From: a virus
Length of the DNA: 64,000 bases
Strand: one strand, 5' to 3'
Virus record (IMG/VR): IMGVR_UViG_3300044697_000029
Location: 1 to 64,000 of that record
In this document: piece by piece, positions 18,771 through 27,329 of the stretch
How positions within the stretch are numbered: position 1 is the first letter of the stretch
Layout: each line of letters opens with the position of its first letter
Notes under the pieces: generated by a model
Told to the model about the DNA's origin: nothing
The model's database searches: none
What the model saw: the letters and a program-made list of their open reading frames with translations, nothing else
Position numbers and translations under genes: made by a program

Positions 18771-19534
18771 CACGCGGCTTCCATCGTCACGATAACCGCG
18801 TTCACCATCGTTCCTGATGCTCGGAACGATCCGTCCGGCAAGTCCTCGACTGTGCCGTTGCGCCGCATCAGCAGATCGCGAAACTCGGTGGCGGCGCGAT
18901 CCTGCCGAAACGTCACTCCCGCCGACATGACGGACACCAAGCGGCCACCGGACCTGAGAAACTTCAGCGCGTGCGCGACGTGCTGAATATCGGCCCCGCG
19001 CGGTGGTGCGAACGGCGGGTTCATCACAACCCGGTCGTAGATCGGCGTGGCCAGGAATGTGAGAAAGTCGCCTTGTGAAACTGTCATATTCGCCGGCCGC
19101 TGTTGCAATATGCAAGCGCATCCGTCCGGTCGCAATTCGATGCAATCGATGGTACGCACCATCGGCGCGACAACGAAAGCGATCGCGCCGTGGCCAGCGG
19201 ATGGTTCTAGGACGGTGTGTTCGCGGGTCAGCGTGGCAGCTTCGGCCAGTCGATCCGTGACGGTCGGCGGTGTTTCAAAAAAACCGAAGTCCTGCGCACG
19301 CGTGTATTCGCCAGTCAGCAACAGCGGCTCAATCGCGTCGGCGGCATCTCCCTCGAACAAATGCGCCTTGGCCTTCCGGTTCCAGGTGCCCCCGGCAGTT
19401 TCCAGCGCTTCGTTGACGCGCAGATACATCTGGCGATTTAACTGACCGCCGGTGATCCGAGCCGCATTTCCATCGAATTGCAGGCCGGAAAGAATAGCGA
19501 GTGTGTCGTTGTCAATTGTGCGGGGCATTTGCAT
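18770..19534 (-). CDS. SAM-dependent methyltransferase, probably N6-adenine DNA MTase
   Basis: FFETP, VLEPSAGHG, MNPPF. Confidence 0.85.
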   Translation of the reverse strand: MQMPRTIDNDTLAILSGLQFDGNAARITGGQLNRQMYLRVNEALETAGGTWNRKAKAHLFEGDAADAIEPLLLTGEYTRAQDFGFFETPPTVTDRLAEAATLTREHTVLEPSAGHGAIAFVVAPMVRTIDCIELRPDGCACILQQRPANMTVSQGDFLTFLATPIYDRVVMNPPFAPPRGADIQHVAHALKFLRSGGRLVSVMSAGVTFRQDRAATEFRDLLMRRNGTVEDLPDGSFRASGTMVNAVIVTMEAA

Positions 19535-19561
19535 AGCCTGCCACGAGGATCATAAGAATTG

Positions 19562-19810
19562 TCACTTTAACCGGCACCGCGCGTTGGTCGGGACGAATTT
19601 GGCCCCCTTGCGCCGGACGATCATCGGCTCGTCGGCATCCCACCCGCGCGCATGGAGCGACGCCTGCAACTCAGCAATATGCGCCTGCGTCTCAGCCGAT
19701 TCCATATCGCGCGGGTTCAACGCAGGATCGACCTCGATCACGTCGGGCGGCAGCATGTAGCCCTTGAACTGCTGATAGAGCTTCGTGCCTTCGACGGTCT
19801 GTAGGGCCAT
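19562..19810 (-). pseudogene. Truncated ParB/Srx-like N-terminal domain
   Basis: IEVDPALNPRD...HIAELQASL...EPMIVRR...TNARCRL then stop; GGAG RBS. Confidence 0.55.
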
Positions 19811-19848
19811 TTGGCCGGTTCTCCCGGTGGGGATTGCGTGTGGCGGGA

Positions 19849-19877
19849 AATCTATGCCGGCGCCGCTTTTGCGTCAA
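19849..19877 (-). promoter_or_regulatory. Leftward sigma70 promoter
   Basis: TTGACG-17 nt-TAGATT. Confidence 0.7.
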
Positions 19878-19892
19878 GCGGGATTTTTGCGC

Positions 19893-19921
19893 TTGACGGG
19901 AAAAAACGCTCCCCTTATCGT
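19893..19921 (+). promoter_or_regulatory. Rightward sigma70 promoter, probably a leaderless transcript
   Basis: TTGACG-17 nt-TATCGT, 8 nt before ATG 19930. Confidence 0.7.
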
Positions 19922-19929
19922 CCGCGCCG

Positions 19930-20139
19930 ATGACGGACCTGAAAGCCATGATCCGAAGCGCCGGACTGACGCAGACGGCAGTTGCGCGCCATCTCGGCGT
20001 CAGCACTTCCAATGTGAGTCGGTGGGCTGCTCGGGAGGCCGACATTCCCACGCGGGAGATTGAGCCTCTTGCAGCGCTGCTCGGCGTTGATTCGCAGCAG
20101 GTCCTGGCTGTTGCGGTCGCATGTCCGCGCGCCGCATGA
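19930..20139 (+). CDS. Cro-like XRE HTH regulator
   Basis: GLTQTAVARHLGVSTSNVSRW; first gene after the divergent promoters. Confidence 0.85.
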   Translation: MTDLKAMIRSAGLTQTAVARHLGVSTSNVSRWAAREADIPTREIEPLAALLGVDSQQVLAVAVACPRAA

Positions 20140-20323
20140 CGACCACCCCACACGCGGCGCGCCTCTTCTTAGCCGATGGTCAGTCGCGTCACGCCGGCGT
20201 GGAAACGGCTGGGGTTTCGCCCCCGGTGGAAGCGCCGGCGTCCCCCTCCTCGCTGTGGCCTGAGTGGCTGCGGCGGTTCGCTGTGGAAGTGCCTTACGAC
20301 GACAACCAACAGGAACAGACAAC

Positions 20324-20902
20324 ATGACCGATACTCCGAAGCCCGACCGGGCACCCGTCATCCGCGCCTACATCACCGACCGCACGCTGGGGATCGTGGA
20401 GTTCCGCCGGGAAGGCGCTGTGTTGGAGACCATGAAGGTCACTGACGTTGGCGATGATATTCTGGACTGTCTCGCTATCGAAGGTGCCATTCGGCTACGT
20501 CTGGCCGGCGCGTCTATCAAGGACATTCTGTCCGGCGATGCTGTGCCGCTTCGCGAGCCTCCGGCCGTCAAAGTCTCCGCCCCCAAGGAGCGCAAGCCCA
20601 CCCAATTGATGGTCGCCATCGCCGCAGTGAAGGAGGCTGAACTGCTGCGCGCAGCGCGGCAGAACGGTGCCAAGCCGACCAAGACCGAGATTGAGGACAT
20701 CAAGGCCCGGGCGCTGACCTGGGCGCGTGGCCTGTCGGCAGAACAGCATGCAACCCTTGGGAAGAATGTGCATGTCAAAGCCGAGCTTGCCAAACTGACC
20801 GGTGTAGCGAAGTCGCTGGACGAAATGCTGGCGCCGCCCGTCGAGAAAGAAGCGCCCAGCGACACGGTGGACGATACCGACCTGCCAGTCGCAGCGGAGT
20901 GA
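20324..20902 (+). CDS. Hypothetical protein
   Basis: AGGA RBS; strong GC3 codon bias. Confidence 0.7.
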   Translation: MTDTPKPDRAPVIRAYITDRTLGIVEFRREGAVLETMKVTDVGDDILDCLAIEGAIRLRLAGASIKDILSGDAVPLREPPAVKVSAPKERKPTQLMVAIAAVKEAELLRAARQNGAKPTKTEIEDIKARALTWARGLSAEQHATLGKNVHVKAELAKLTGVAKSLDEMLAPPVEKEAPSDTVDDTDLPVAAE

Positions 20903-20940
20903 CCACCCGCTGCATCACTCCCAGAAAAAGGAAATCACAC

Positions 20941-21408
20941 ATGGCCAAAGATACGCCAGCCGTCTCCACGCAAGAGCGGCCCGATATCGTCACGCTGGCA
21001 TCCGAAACCCTGATGGGAGACATCCGGGATTTCCTGCTTGATCGCCTCAAGCGCGACCACAATCCTCTGCCGTGGCAAATGCGTCCGGAGAAGGATCAAC
21101 AGGAGACAATCGATCAGGCAACGGCAGCAGCCCGACATTGGGTGAGCCGTGCGGTTAGTATGATCGCTGCGCGGGGCCAGCAGGCCGCACGCGGTTCGAT
21201 GGTCAAGTTCCAGTCCAAGGACGGCATTCAGATGCAGATCAACATCGCCGCATCCGACCCGCTGCGGCACAAGCTGATGGATCATGTCGGAGGCACCGTT
21301 CTGGTCATCATCGCCGACGCTGAGCAATATCAAGGCGAACGCAGTACGCCGAAGGTATCGAAGGATCAGCGCGACATTCTCGATGACGAACCGCACGACG
21401 AAGACTGA
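20941..21408 (+). CDS. Conserved phage hypothetical protein
   Basis: AAGGA RBS; PW..RPE.DQ..ID...VLVIIADAEQY. Confidence 0.75.
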   Translation: MAKDTPAVSTQERPDIVTLASETLMGDIRDFLLDRLKRDHNPLPWQMRPEKDQQETIDQATAAARHWVSRAVSMIAARGQQAARGSMVKFQSKDGIQMQINIAASDPLRHKLMDHVGGTVLVIIADAEQYQGERSTPKVSKDQRDILDDEPHDED

Positions 21409-21605
21409 TGCCGCAGCATATCTGGAAACTCTATGGCGGTCGCAGGCGGATTTGTGGCGCCTGCGACGTGGTGCAAACCAAGACTGGCACGGGAACCTGG
21501 GTACCAAAGGCCAAGGATATTTGTCCTGGCGACGGACGCGATTCAAGCCGCCGTGAGCGCCCCAAGCCAAATGCAGACGGCCCCCGCATATTGGAGGACG
21601 CATGA
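21408..21605 (+). CDS. Small Cys/His protein
   Basis: TGATG and ATGA coupling. Confidence 0.5.
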   Translation: MPQHIWKLYGGRRRICGACDVVQTKTGTGTWVPKAKDICPGDGRDSSRRERPKPNADGPRILEDA

Positions 21606-22078
21606 CATCAGCCCCGCCAACGCGCTCCGTCTTGCTTGTCCTCCCCTTCGCGACCGAAAGCCTAAACGTCCGCGACCGCAAGCACTGGTCGGCGCGCCGT
21701 CGCAGCCAAGACCTTATGCGAGGAGAGGTCATCGCCGCCCTCGGTGGCACACGGGATATCCCACGACCGCCATTTGGCCGCGCTAGGATTACCGTGGTCC
21801 GATCGTCCAGCGGGCAACTCGATGAAGACAACTTGGTGAGTTCATGCAAAGCGCTTCTCGACGTGCTTTGCGTCCAGTCCGCAACGCATCCGCTCGGTTT
21901 GGGGCTGATCGAGGACGATAGCCCCCGGCACATCGAACTGATCGTGCGACAAGGATCAGCCCCACGTGGTCGGGGTGTCACCACGGTGCAGATTGACGAA
22001 TTGCCCGGCATCGTCGCGCCAGCATCGCGGCGGAAGCGCCAGGTTGAGGCTCAGACCACCCTGCCGGCCGTCGCCTGA
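21602..22078 (+). CDS. RusA-like Holliday junction resolvase
   Basis: LDEDNL..CKALLDVL...LIEDDS. Confidence 0.75.
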   Translation: MTSAPPTRSVLLVLPFATESLNVRDRKHWSARRRSQDLMRGEVIAALGGTRDIPRPPFGRARITVVRSSSGQLDEDNLVSSCKALLDVLCVQSATHPLGLGLIEDDSPRHIELIVRQGSAPRGRGVTTVQIDELPGIVAPASRRKRQVEAQTTLPAVA

Positions 22079-22082
22079 TCGA

Positions 22083-22442
22083 TCATGACGTAATTTCGGC
22101 GCGCCAGCCCTTCGCCGCAAACCGCCCGCGCAAATCGTCTCTGGATTGGCCGAGTGCCCAGCGCAAGGATGGCGTGGCGTCCGTGCATACATCGCCCACG
22201 CAGATAATCGCCCCGACGAAGCCGCGTCCTTCAACACGCACGGTGATGCGGCGCTTTGTGGAGGGACGCTCGCCGCGCGCGATAATTGTTGGCGTCCGTG
22301 CCAACCGCTCAATCATCAGTCTCTCGTGCAGTTCGTCCCGCGAAAGATGTGGGAAAAGGTCAGCGAACAATTCAATGGCGACTGCCAGCGGCAGAAGCCT
22401 CTCAAGGCGCAATCCCATCACGCCGCGATCTGCGGCGGCCAC
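22083..22442 (-). CDS. Hypothetical protein (start uncertain)
   Basis: FVGAII...ATPSLRWALG..GW C-terminal module. Confidence 0.45.
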   Translation of the reverse strand: MAAADRGVMGLRLERLLPLAVAIELFADLFPHLSRDELHERLMIERLARTPTIIARGERPSTKRRITVRVEGRGFVGAIICVGDVCTDATPSLRWALGQSRDDLRGRFAAKGWRAEITS

Positions 22443-23293
22443 TGACGGATCATCAGGTCGTCGGGGATCGGCATCACCTTGTCAATCTGTTTCACAAACA
22501 GCGGCACGCCAGCCGACGCGCACTGGTCCCGGATGGACCGCATCCATGCGGGATCGACCGGTCGGCGGCGTGGACCGCTCTCACCTCCAACAATTACGAG
22601 GTCGATCTTGGCGTGCCGCGTGTATTTCGGATTGATAGCAATGTACCGATCGCCAGCGTCAACCACGTTCGACTCCGACATACCCTCGAGGCAGTCCGTC
22701 AGCGTCTCGGCGTGGTATAGATGCGTCAGGTCAACCTCGGACAGCAGCGGTTCACACGACAGGAACCGCCGTGCCGCTGGCGTCGCCAGCAGGTTCGGAA
22801 TGCGCTCATCAGCGCGCTGTTGGTCCTCGACGGACACGCCGAGCATGACATTGGGGAGGGGCCAGCGTTGGATAATGTGCGGTTTCTTAAGGTGTCTGGT
22901 CGGATCATTGACGAAGCCAAAATACCTCCCCGGCCGGTATTGCATGTCATGGATAAGGTCGGCCGTTGTCGCCCCGTCGCGATCTCCCGTCATGTACTCC
23001 AGCATCCGATCGCTGCGCTTCGTCAGCACAAGATATTCATGCTGCGGCGTCAGCGCCATAATGGCAAACACCCGGTCGATCGCCTCATCCGGCAGGTTCT
23101 CGCGGAACAAATCGCTCATCGAATGTACGAACACCCGGCGAGGCTTGCGCCAGCGCATCGGCAGTTCCAGCGTTTCGGGGATCAACGCCAGCTTGCCGGT
23201 CCAGGTCGCGCCACCACACCCCGGCGATGTGCGCGAGCAACCGCGCACAGGGTTCCATACGACCTCAGCCCATTCTATGTTCGTCTTGCCCAT
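22418..23293 (-). CDS. DUF5131 / phage Gp37Gp68 family protein with an incomplete Cys motif
   Basis: TNIEW..WNPVRGC, VFVHSMSDLF, LTKR, GVSVEDQ, FLSCEPLL, VIVGGESG, FVKQ. Confidence 0.9.
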   Translation of the reverse strand: MGKTNIEWAEVVWNPVRGCSRTSPGCGGATWTGKLALIPETLELPMRWRKPRRVFVHSMSDLFRENLPDEAIDRVFAIMALTPQHEYLVLTKRSDRMLEYMTGDRDGATTADLIHDMQYRPGRYFGFVNDPTRHLKKPHIIQRWPLPNVMLGVSVEDQQRADERIPNLLATPAARRFLSCEPLLSEVDLTHLYHAETLTDCLEGMSESNVVDAGDRYIAINPKYTRHAKIDLVIVGGESGPRRRPVDPAWMRSIRDQCASAGVPLFVKQIDKVMPIPDDLMIRQWPPQIAA

Positions 23294-23302
23294 CGGTTTC
23301 TC

Positions 23303-24349
23303 CTATGCCTCGGTTCGGATGTCGGCGAACAGCCCGGCGTCGCGCCCAAGGCGGCGTGTTGCCATACCACAGTGACCCGCTCCCAGCTCTATCCCAATAG
23401 CGTGCCGCTGCAACCGATCGGCGACTAAGCATGTGGTGAAAACGCCGGCGAACGGATCGCATACCACGTCTCCCGGTCTTGACCCGGCCCGGATACAAAT
23501 CTCGGCCACCTGATCCGGCATGACGGCGAAGTGTTCTTCTGCATATTGGGCGGGGCTGATCCACCACACTGACCTGAGATTGCCGCCCTCCGCAATTTGC
23601 TGGTCACGCTCCATCTTGTCCCACCGCTCGTTGAAGCCGGTGTGTCTGCGCGAATGGCCGCGTTGCTTATCCACTATACGCCGCTTTATGTCTGAGGCAT
23701 TCTGAACGCCAGCCAGATCATGGCTTTTGGTTGATTGCCCAATGTAGGGCGACGCGAGTTGCGTCTGCGTAGATGCTTTTGGCGCCGATCGCACGGCTTC
23801 GTGATCGTAGTAGTACCGCTCGCTCTTGCTTAACAGAAACACATATTCATGCGCGCGGGTAGTCCGATCAGTGCAGCTTTCTGGCATACCGTTAGGTTTG
23901 CCCCATACGTTGTCGGCGCGAAGATACCAGCCATCCGCCCGCAGCGCGAAAGCGACCATCCAGGGAATTCCAACCAGGTCCTTTGGTTTCAGGCCATTCC
24001 CAGCCCGCACGTTCGGCGAGTGTCCCGCTTGCTTCCACCCGGCATTCGAGTGCATGGAACGCGGCGCGTTGTATGTAGAACTGCTCGCGAAGCAGTCTCC
24101 CAAGTTGATCCACAGCGTGCCGTCGTCACGCAGGACGCGCCGACATTCGTGCATCACGCCGACGATTGTCTCAACGTATGCGTCTGGTGTCTCCTCCTGC
24201 CCGATTTCGAACGGCTTCAATGGGTCATCAGGCTTCAGGTACGATCGTTGCCGGAAGTAGGGCGGGGAGGTCACAATGCACTGCACGCTGCCATCCGCCA
24301 GTTCCGGCAGCCGCTCGCGGCAATCGCCCTGCATCACGGTGATTGTCAT
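23303..24349 (-). CDS. DNA methyltransferase, N4-C/N6-A beta class
   Basis: TSPPY...HFAVMP...DPFAG. Confidence 0.92.
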   Translation of the reverse strand: MTITVMQGDCRERLPELADGSVQCIVTSPPYFRQRSYLKPDDPLKPFEIGQEETPDAYVETIVGVMHECRRVLRDDGTLWINLGDCFASSSTYNAPRSMHSNAGWKQAGHSPNVRAGNGLKPKDLVGIPWMVAFALRADGWYLRADNVWGKPNGMPESCTDRTTRAHEYVFLLSKSERYYYDHEAVRSAPKASTQTQLASPYIGQSTKSHDLAGVQNASDIKRRIVDKQRGHSRRHTGFNERWDKMERDQQIAEGGNLRSVWWISPAQYAEEHFAVMPDQVAEICIRAGSRPGDVVCDPFAGVFTTCLVADRLQRHAIGIELGAGHCGMATRRLGRDAGLFADIRTEA

Positions 24350-24500
24350 CGAGACACTGCGTCCGGACTACTGGCCTCGCGCGCATGCCGGCTTGCCCAC
24401 GTAAGCGCGCAATCCAGGCATAGTTCCGGCAGCCCGTCGATCTGCCGCACCGGGAACACCGCCTGCTCTGACGTGGCGCCACAATCCTCGCAGGTCCGCA

Positions 24501-25550
24501 TCACTTCGCCTCCTCAAACAGCCGCGCCTGCGTTGCGATGGGCGTCGGTTCGGGGATGAACAGGTCGCGCTGGCGGTGGGCGGCTTCGATGCGGCGGCAG
24601 GCTATGTCGAAGTACGGTTCGTGTTTTTCGATGCCGACGAACCGCCGACCGAGTTTCAGGCATGCAACGCCGGTGGTTCCAGAACCAAGGAAACCATCCA
24701 CCACAAGCTGGTTGAGCTTCGTCGAAGTTCCGACGATGTGTTCCATGACGGAAAGGGGCTTTTCGCATGGGTGCTTACCGTCATAGCCTTGGATACAATT
24801 GTAATCCCATATGTCGCCTCTCATCCTCTCGTCATAAACAGAGAACGGCCGCCGCAGGTCTTCGTACTCCCGCCGCAGGTCTTCGTACTCCCGCCGCAGG
24901 AGAGACGTGTTCGAGCGTTGGAATAACTCCCGACACTTTTGATAGTCAGTTTGGTTCGGAAGGGATGATCCTTCCTCCCAACGCAGATAAAGAGCGCTGT
25001 CGCGGTCAATGTGATCAGCTATTTGGCGATACGAAAGGCCGGCCTCAATACGTTGTGATTTGAAGTAATCACCCAGCGGTCGAAAAACTCGCTTGTGAAG
25101 CGCATCGCAAGCTGCGTCGTAACCTAGTGCGTTCATCGCCGAAGCGTCGTCGCACTTCTGCGCAAATATGCATGCCTCCCAGTTTTGTTGGAACACTCGC
25201 ATATCATCGGATGCCTGCTTCATATGCCAACCTTGAGGCTTCCTCCAGCGTATCGAATTGAGAAATACAAAATTCTGCCGCACGAGACGTTGGACCTCCC
25301 ATTCCATTCTCGCCGACGCAAAGCAATAAAGACTCGCCCAGTCCTCCATGATCCCCGAGCATGAAGCAAGGATCGAGCCGAGCCATTCAAGGAACTTCCC
25401 CGCATCATCCCATTGACGGTCCCACCATTCGTCCTTCACTCGGAAGTACGGAGGGTCCATCACACACGCATCCACGCCGCTCAGAGTCGGCAGAATATCC
25501 CTACAATCACCCAACATCAGCGTAGCCGCCCCGATCCGCTCAACGCGCAT
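24501..25550 (-). CDS. DNA adenine methyltransferase (DPPY) with an inserted XRE-HTH domain
   Basis: DPPY, HPCEKP, DGFLGSGTTG; internal GLSYRQIA...RWEEG. Confidence 0.9.
   Translation of the reverse strand: MRVERIGAATLMLGDCRDILPTLSGVDACVMDPPYFRVKDEWWDRQWDDAGKFLEWLGSILASCSGIMEDWASLYCFASARMEWEVQRLVRQNFVFLNSIRWRKPQGWHMKQASDDMRVFQQNWEACIFAQKCDDASAMNALGYDAACDALHKRVFRPLGDYFKSQRIEAGLSYRQIADHIDRDSALYLRWEEGSSLPNQTDYQKCRELFQRSNTSLLRREYEDLRREYEDLRRPFSVYDERMRGDIWDYNCIQGYDGKHPCEKPLSVMEHIVGTSTKLNQLVVDGFLGSGTTGVACLKLGRRFVGIEKHEPYFDIACRRIEAAHRQRDLFIPEPTPIATQARLFEEAK
24849..24900. repeat. 21-bp tandem repeat, 2.5 copies (LRREYED)
   Basis: ccgccgcaggtcttcgtactc twice plus ccgccgcagg. Confidence 0.9.
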
Positions 25551-25623
25551 CACGCTGCCTCCATCCCAAACGCCACCCGCCAGCAGTCGGCGCACCAGCC
25601 GATGTCAGGCACCGCGCGGCGGA

Positions 25624-26250
25624 TCATGGCAGCCATCCGATCGTCGGCGCGCCTCGATGGTCGCGCTGGAACACGTACCATGCGAACGCCACCGCACCAC
25701 CCTGCGCCTTCACGGCAGCGTCGCCGGGCGGCATACTGATACGTGATCGGAACTGCCACAGCCGCGCCAGCGTGCCGCGCGCGAACAGTTCCTGGTAACG
25801 GCGCTCTCCTTCCAACCAAGTCGTACGTTGCAGGACACACACCTTTCCAGTCGCAAAGGTCAACGCACGGCGCACGAACTGCACAGCGATACCAAAGGGC
25901 GGGTTGCTCACCACATTCGGCGGCGCATTCTGCCAGTCGGTTGCGAGGAAATCGACCCCGCCTTCGCCATAACCGCGGTCAACAAGGTCTGTGGCGAAGG
26001 TCTGGTAGCCGCGTGCTTTGCATGCCTCTGGGATATTCCCGCCACCGCAAGCCGGGTCCCAGATAGCGCCGCTGAAAGTCTCTACATCGAGAAGCGCGCA
26101 AATGGCACGGGCCGGTTCAACGTACCAGTCGTCAGTGTGCCTATCGTATCCCGAACTGCGAGGATTGCCGCGCGGGATCAGTTCCGGTGGCGCCTCGCTC
26201 CCCGGTCGCACGGCAATGGCCGGCGCGCCGCATGCGCAGGGGGTTGTCAT
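25624..26250 (-). CDS. Small NPPF-type DNA methyltransferase
   Basis: DWYVEP, WDPACGGG, SNPPF; ATGA coupling at 26247-26250. Confidence 0.85.
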   Translation of the reverse strand: MTTPCACGAPAIAVRPGSEAPPELIPRGNPRSSGYDRHTDDWYVEPARAICALLDVETFSGAIWDPACGGGNIPEACKARGYQTFATDLVDRGYGEGGVDFLATDWQNAPPNVVSNPPFGIAVQFVRRALTFATGKVCVLQRTTWLEGERRYQELFARGTLARLWQFRSRISMPPGDAAVKAQGGAVAFAWYVFQRDHRGAPTIGWLP

Positions 26251-27104
26251 GCGGCGTCCTTCCGGCTGCCGTGGCTCATTCCGTGGCCGATGAACACGAT
26301 CCGTTTGCCAGTGGCGCCCGGCGACCAGCACAGGCCGCACGTCGCACATGCCGCCGTCTTGTGGGTCTGCGCCGGGCAGATCAGACCCTCCGGCACATTG
26401 CTGCCCTCGGGCTGGCGCCAGATCGTGGTGGCCTGCATCGGCTGCGGGTTGTCGTCGGCAGCGACAGAGAACCGCATCATCCATCGGTCGGGATGCAGCG
26501 CGCCGAGCAGGTTCACCAGCCATCCGATTTGGCTTTCGGCGGGGTGCGCGGTGTAGCCGAACACGTGCAGTTCCGGCAGATCGCGCATCCATCGCCCCCA
26601 GGCGAGTGCGTAGGCCATATCCGGGAAGTCCCCGAGATTATGCAGCCGCACCACGAAGCCCGTCTGTGCGTGCTTCACAGCCGCCGCGCGTAGCTCCCTG
26701 TCCAGCGTCGGGACCAGAGCCGGCGTGTAGCGATGGCGCCGCGCGAGGGGCATGCCGTTGCCGAAGCACTCGCGCCATAGCTGGCAGGTGCGCGGACAGG
26801 TCTCGCGTTCGACCAGGGTCAGGTGGAAGATCGGCATGCCACGCCACGGGCCTTTCAGCACGACACGACCGAGCTTCGCGCTGTTGAAGCCGGAGACCAG
26901 AAGGCGCGGGGCTTTCTCCGGATCAATGATTGACTTCTGGAACAACGTCGTGGAGTTGACGATTGCTGGGTGCGTGGCAGGCAGAGCCGCATCCTTGCGG
27001 TTTGCGTGAGCGGCGGTCCCCTTAAAGCGAGTCAGGTAGCCACCGGGATCGCGGTGACAGCCGCCGTAAAAATCCTGCCATTGATGGGTCTGCGCATATG
27101 TCAT
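26247..27104 (-). CDS. GP88-like Cys-rich (radical-SAM-related) phage protein
   Basis: NSAKLG, TCPRTC...C, VRLHNLGDF, FGYT, CPAQ...CATCGLCW. Confidence 0.7.
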   Translation of the reverse strand: MTYAQTHQWQDFYGGCHRDPGGYLTRFKGTAAHANRKDAALPATHPAIVNSTTLFQKSIIDPEKAPRLLVSGFNSAKLGRVVLKGPWRGMPIFHLTLVERETCPRTCQLWRECFGNGMPLARRHRYTPALVPTLDRELRAAAVKHAQTGFVVRLHNLGDFPDMAYALAWGRWMRDLPELHVFGYTAHPAESQIGWLVNLLGALHPDRWMMRFSVAADDNPQPMQATTIWRQPEGSNVPEGLICPAQTHKTAACATCGLCWSPGATGKRIVFIGHGMSHGSRKDAA

Positions 27105-27310
27105 ACGAACGCCCTCAGCGCCTCGACGATCGCCGCATGCTCGACGGCCGTCGCCGGAACTTCGTGGAGGATAATGCCGTGCGGCGGTGCATTGGACACC
27201 GTTCGGCATTCCAGGATCAACACGCCGCCGCGGTCGATGCGCTCGGCCAGGTCACGGAACACACTCGGCGGTATGTCGCTCGCCCGCGTGCATGAGGTGA
27301 GGTGCAGCAT
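27101..27310 (-). CDS. Hypothetical protein
   Basis: ATGA coupling; RBS. Confidence 0.5.
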   Translation of the reverse strand: MLHLTSCTRASDIPPSVFRDLAERIDRGGVLILECRTVSNAPPHGIILHEVPATAVEHAAIVEALRAFV

Positions 27311-27329
27311 GGTGGTTCCCCCTTGGTTG

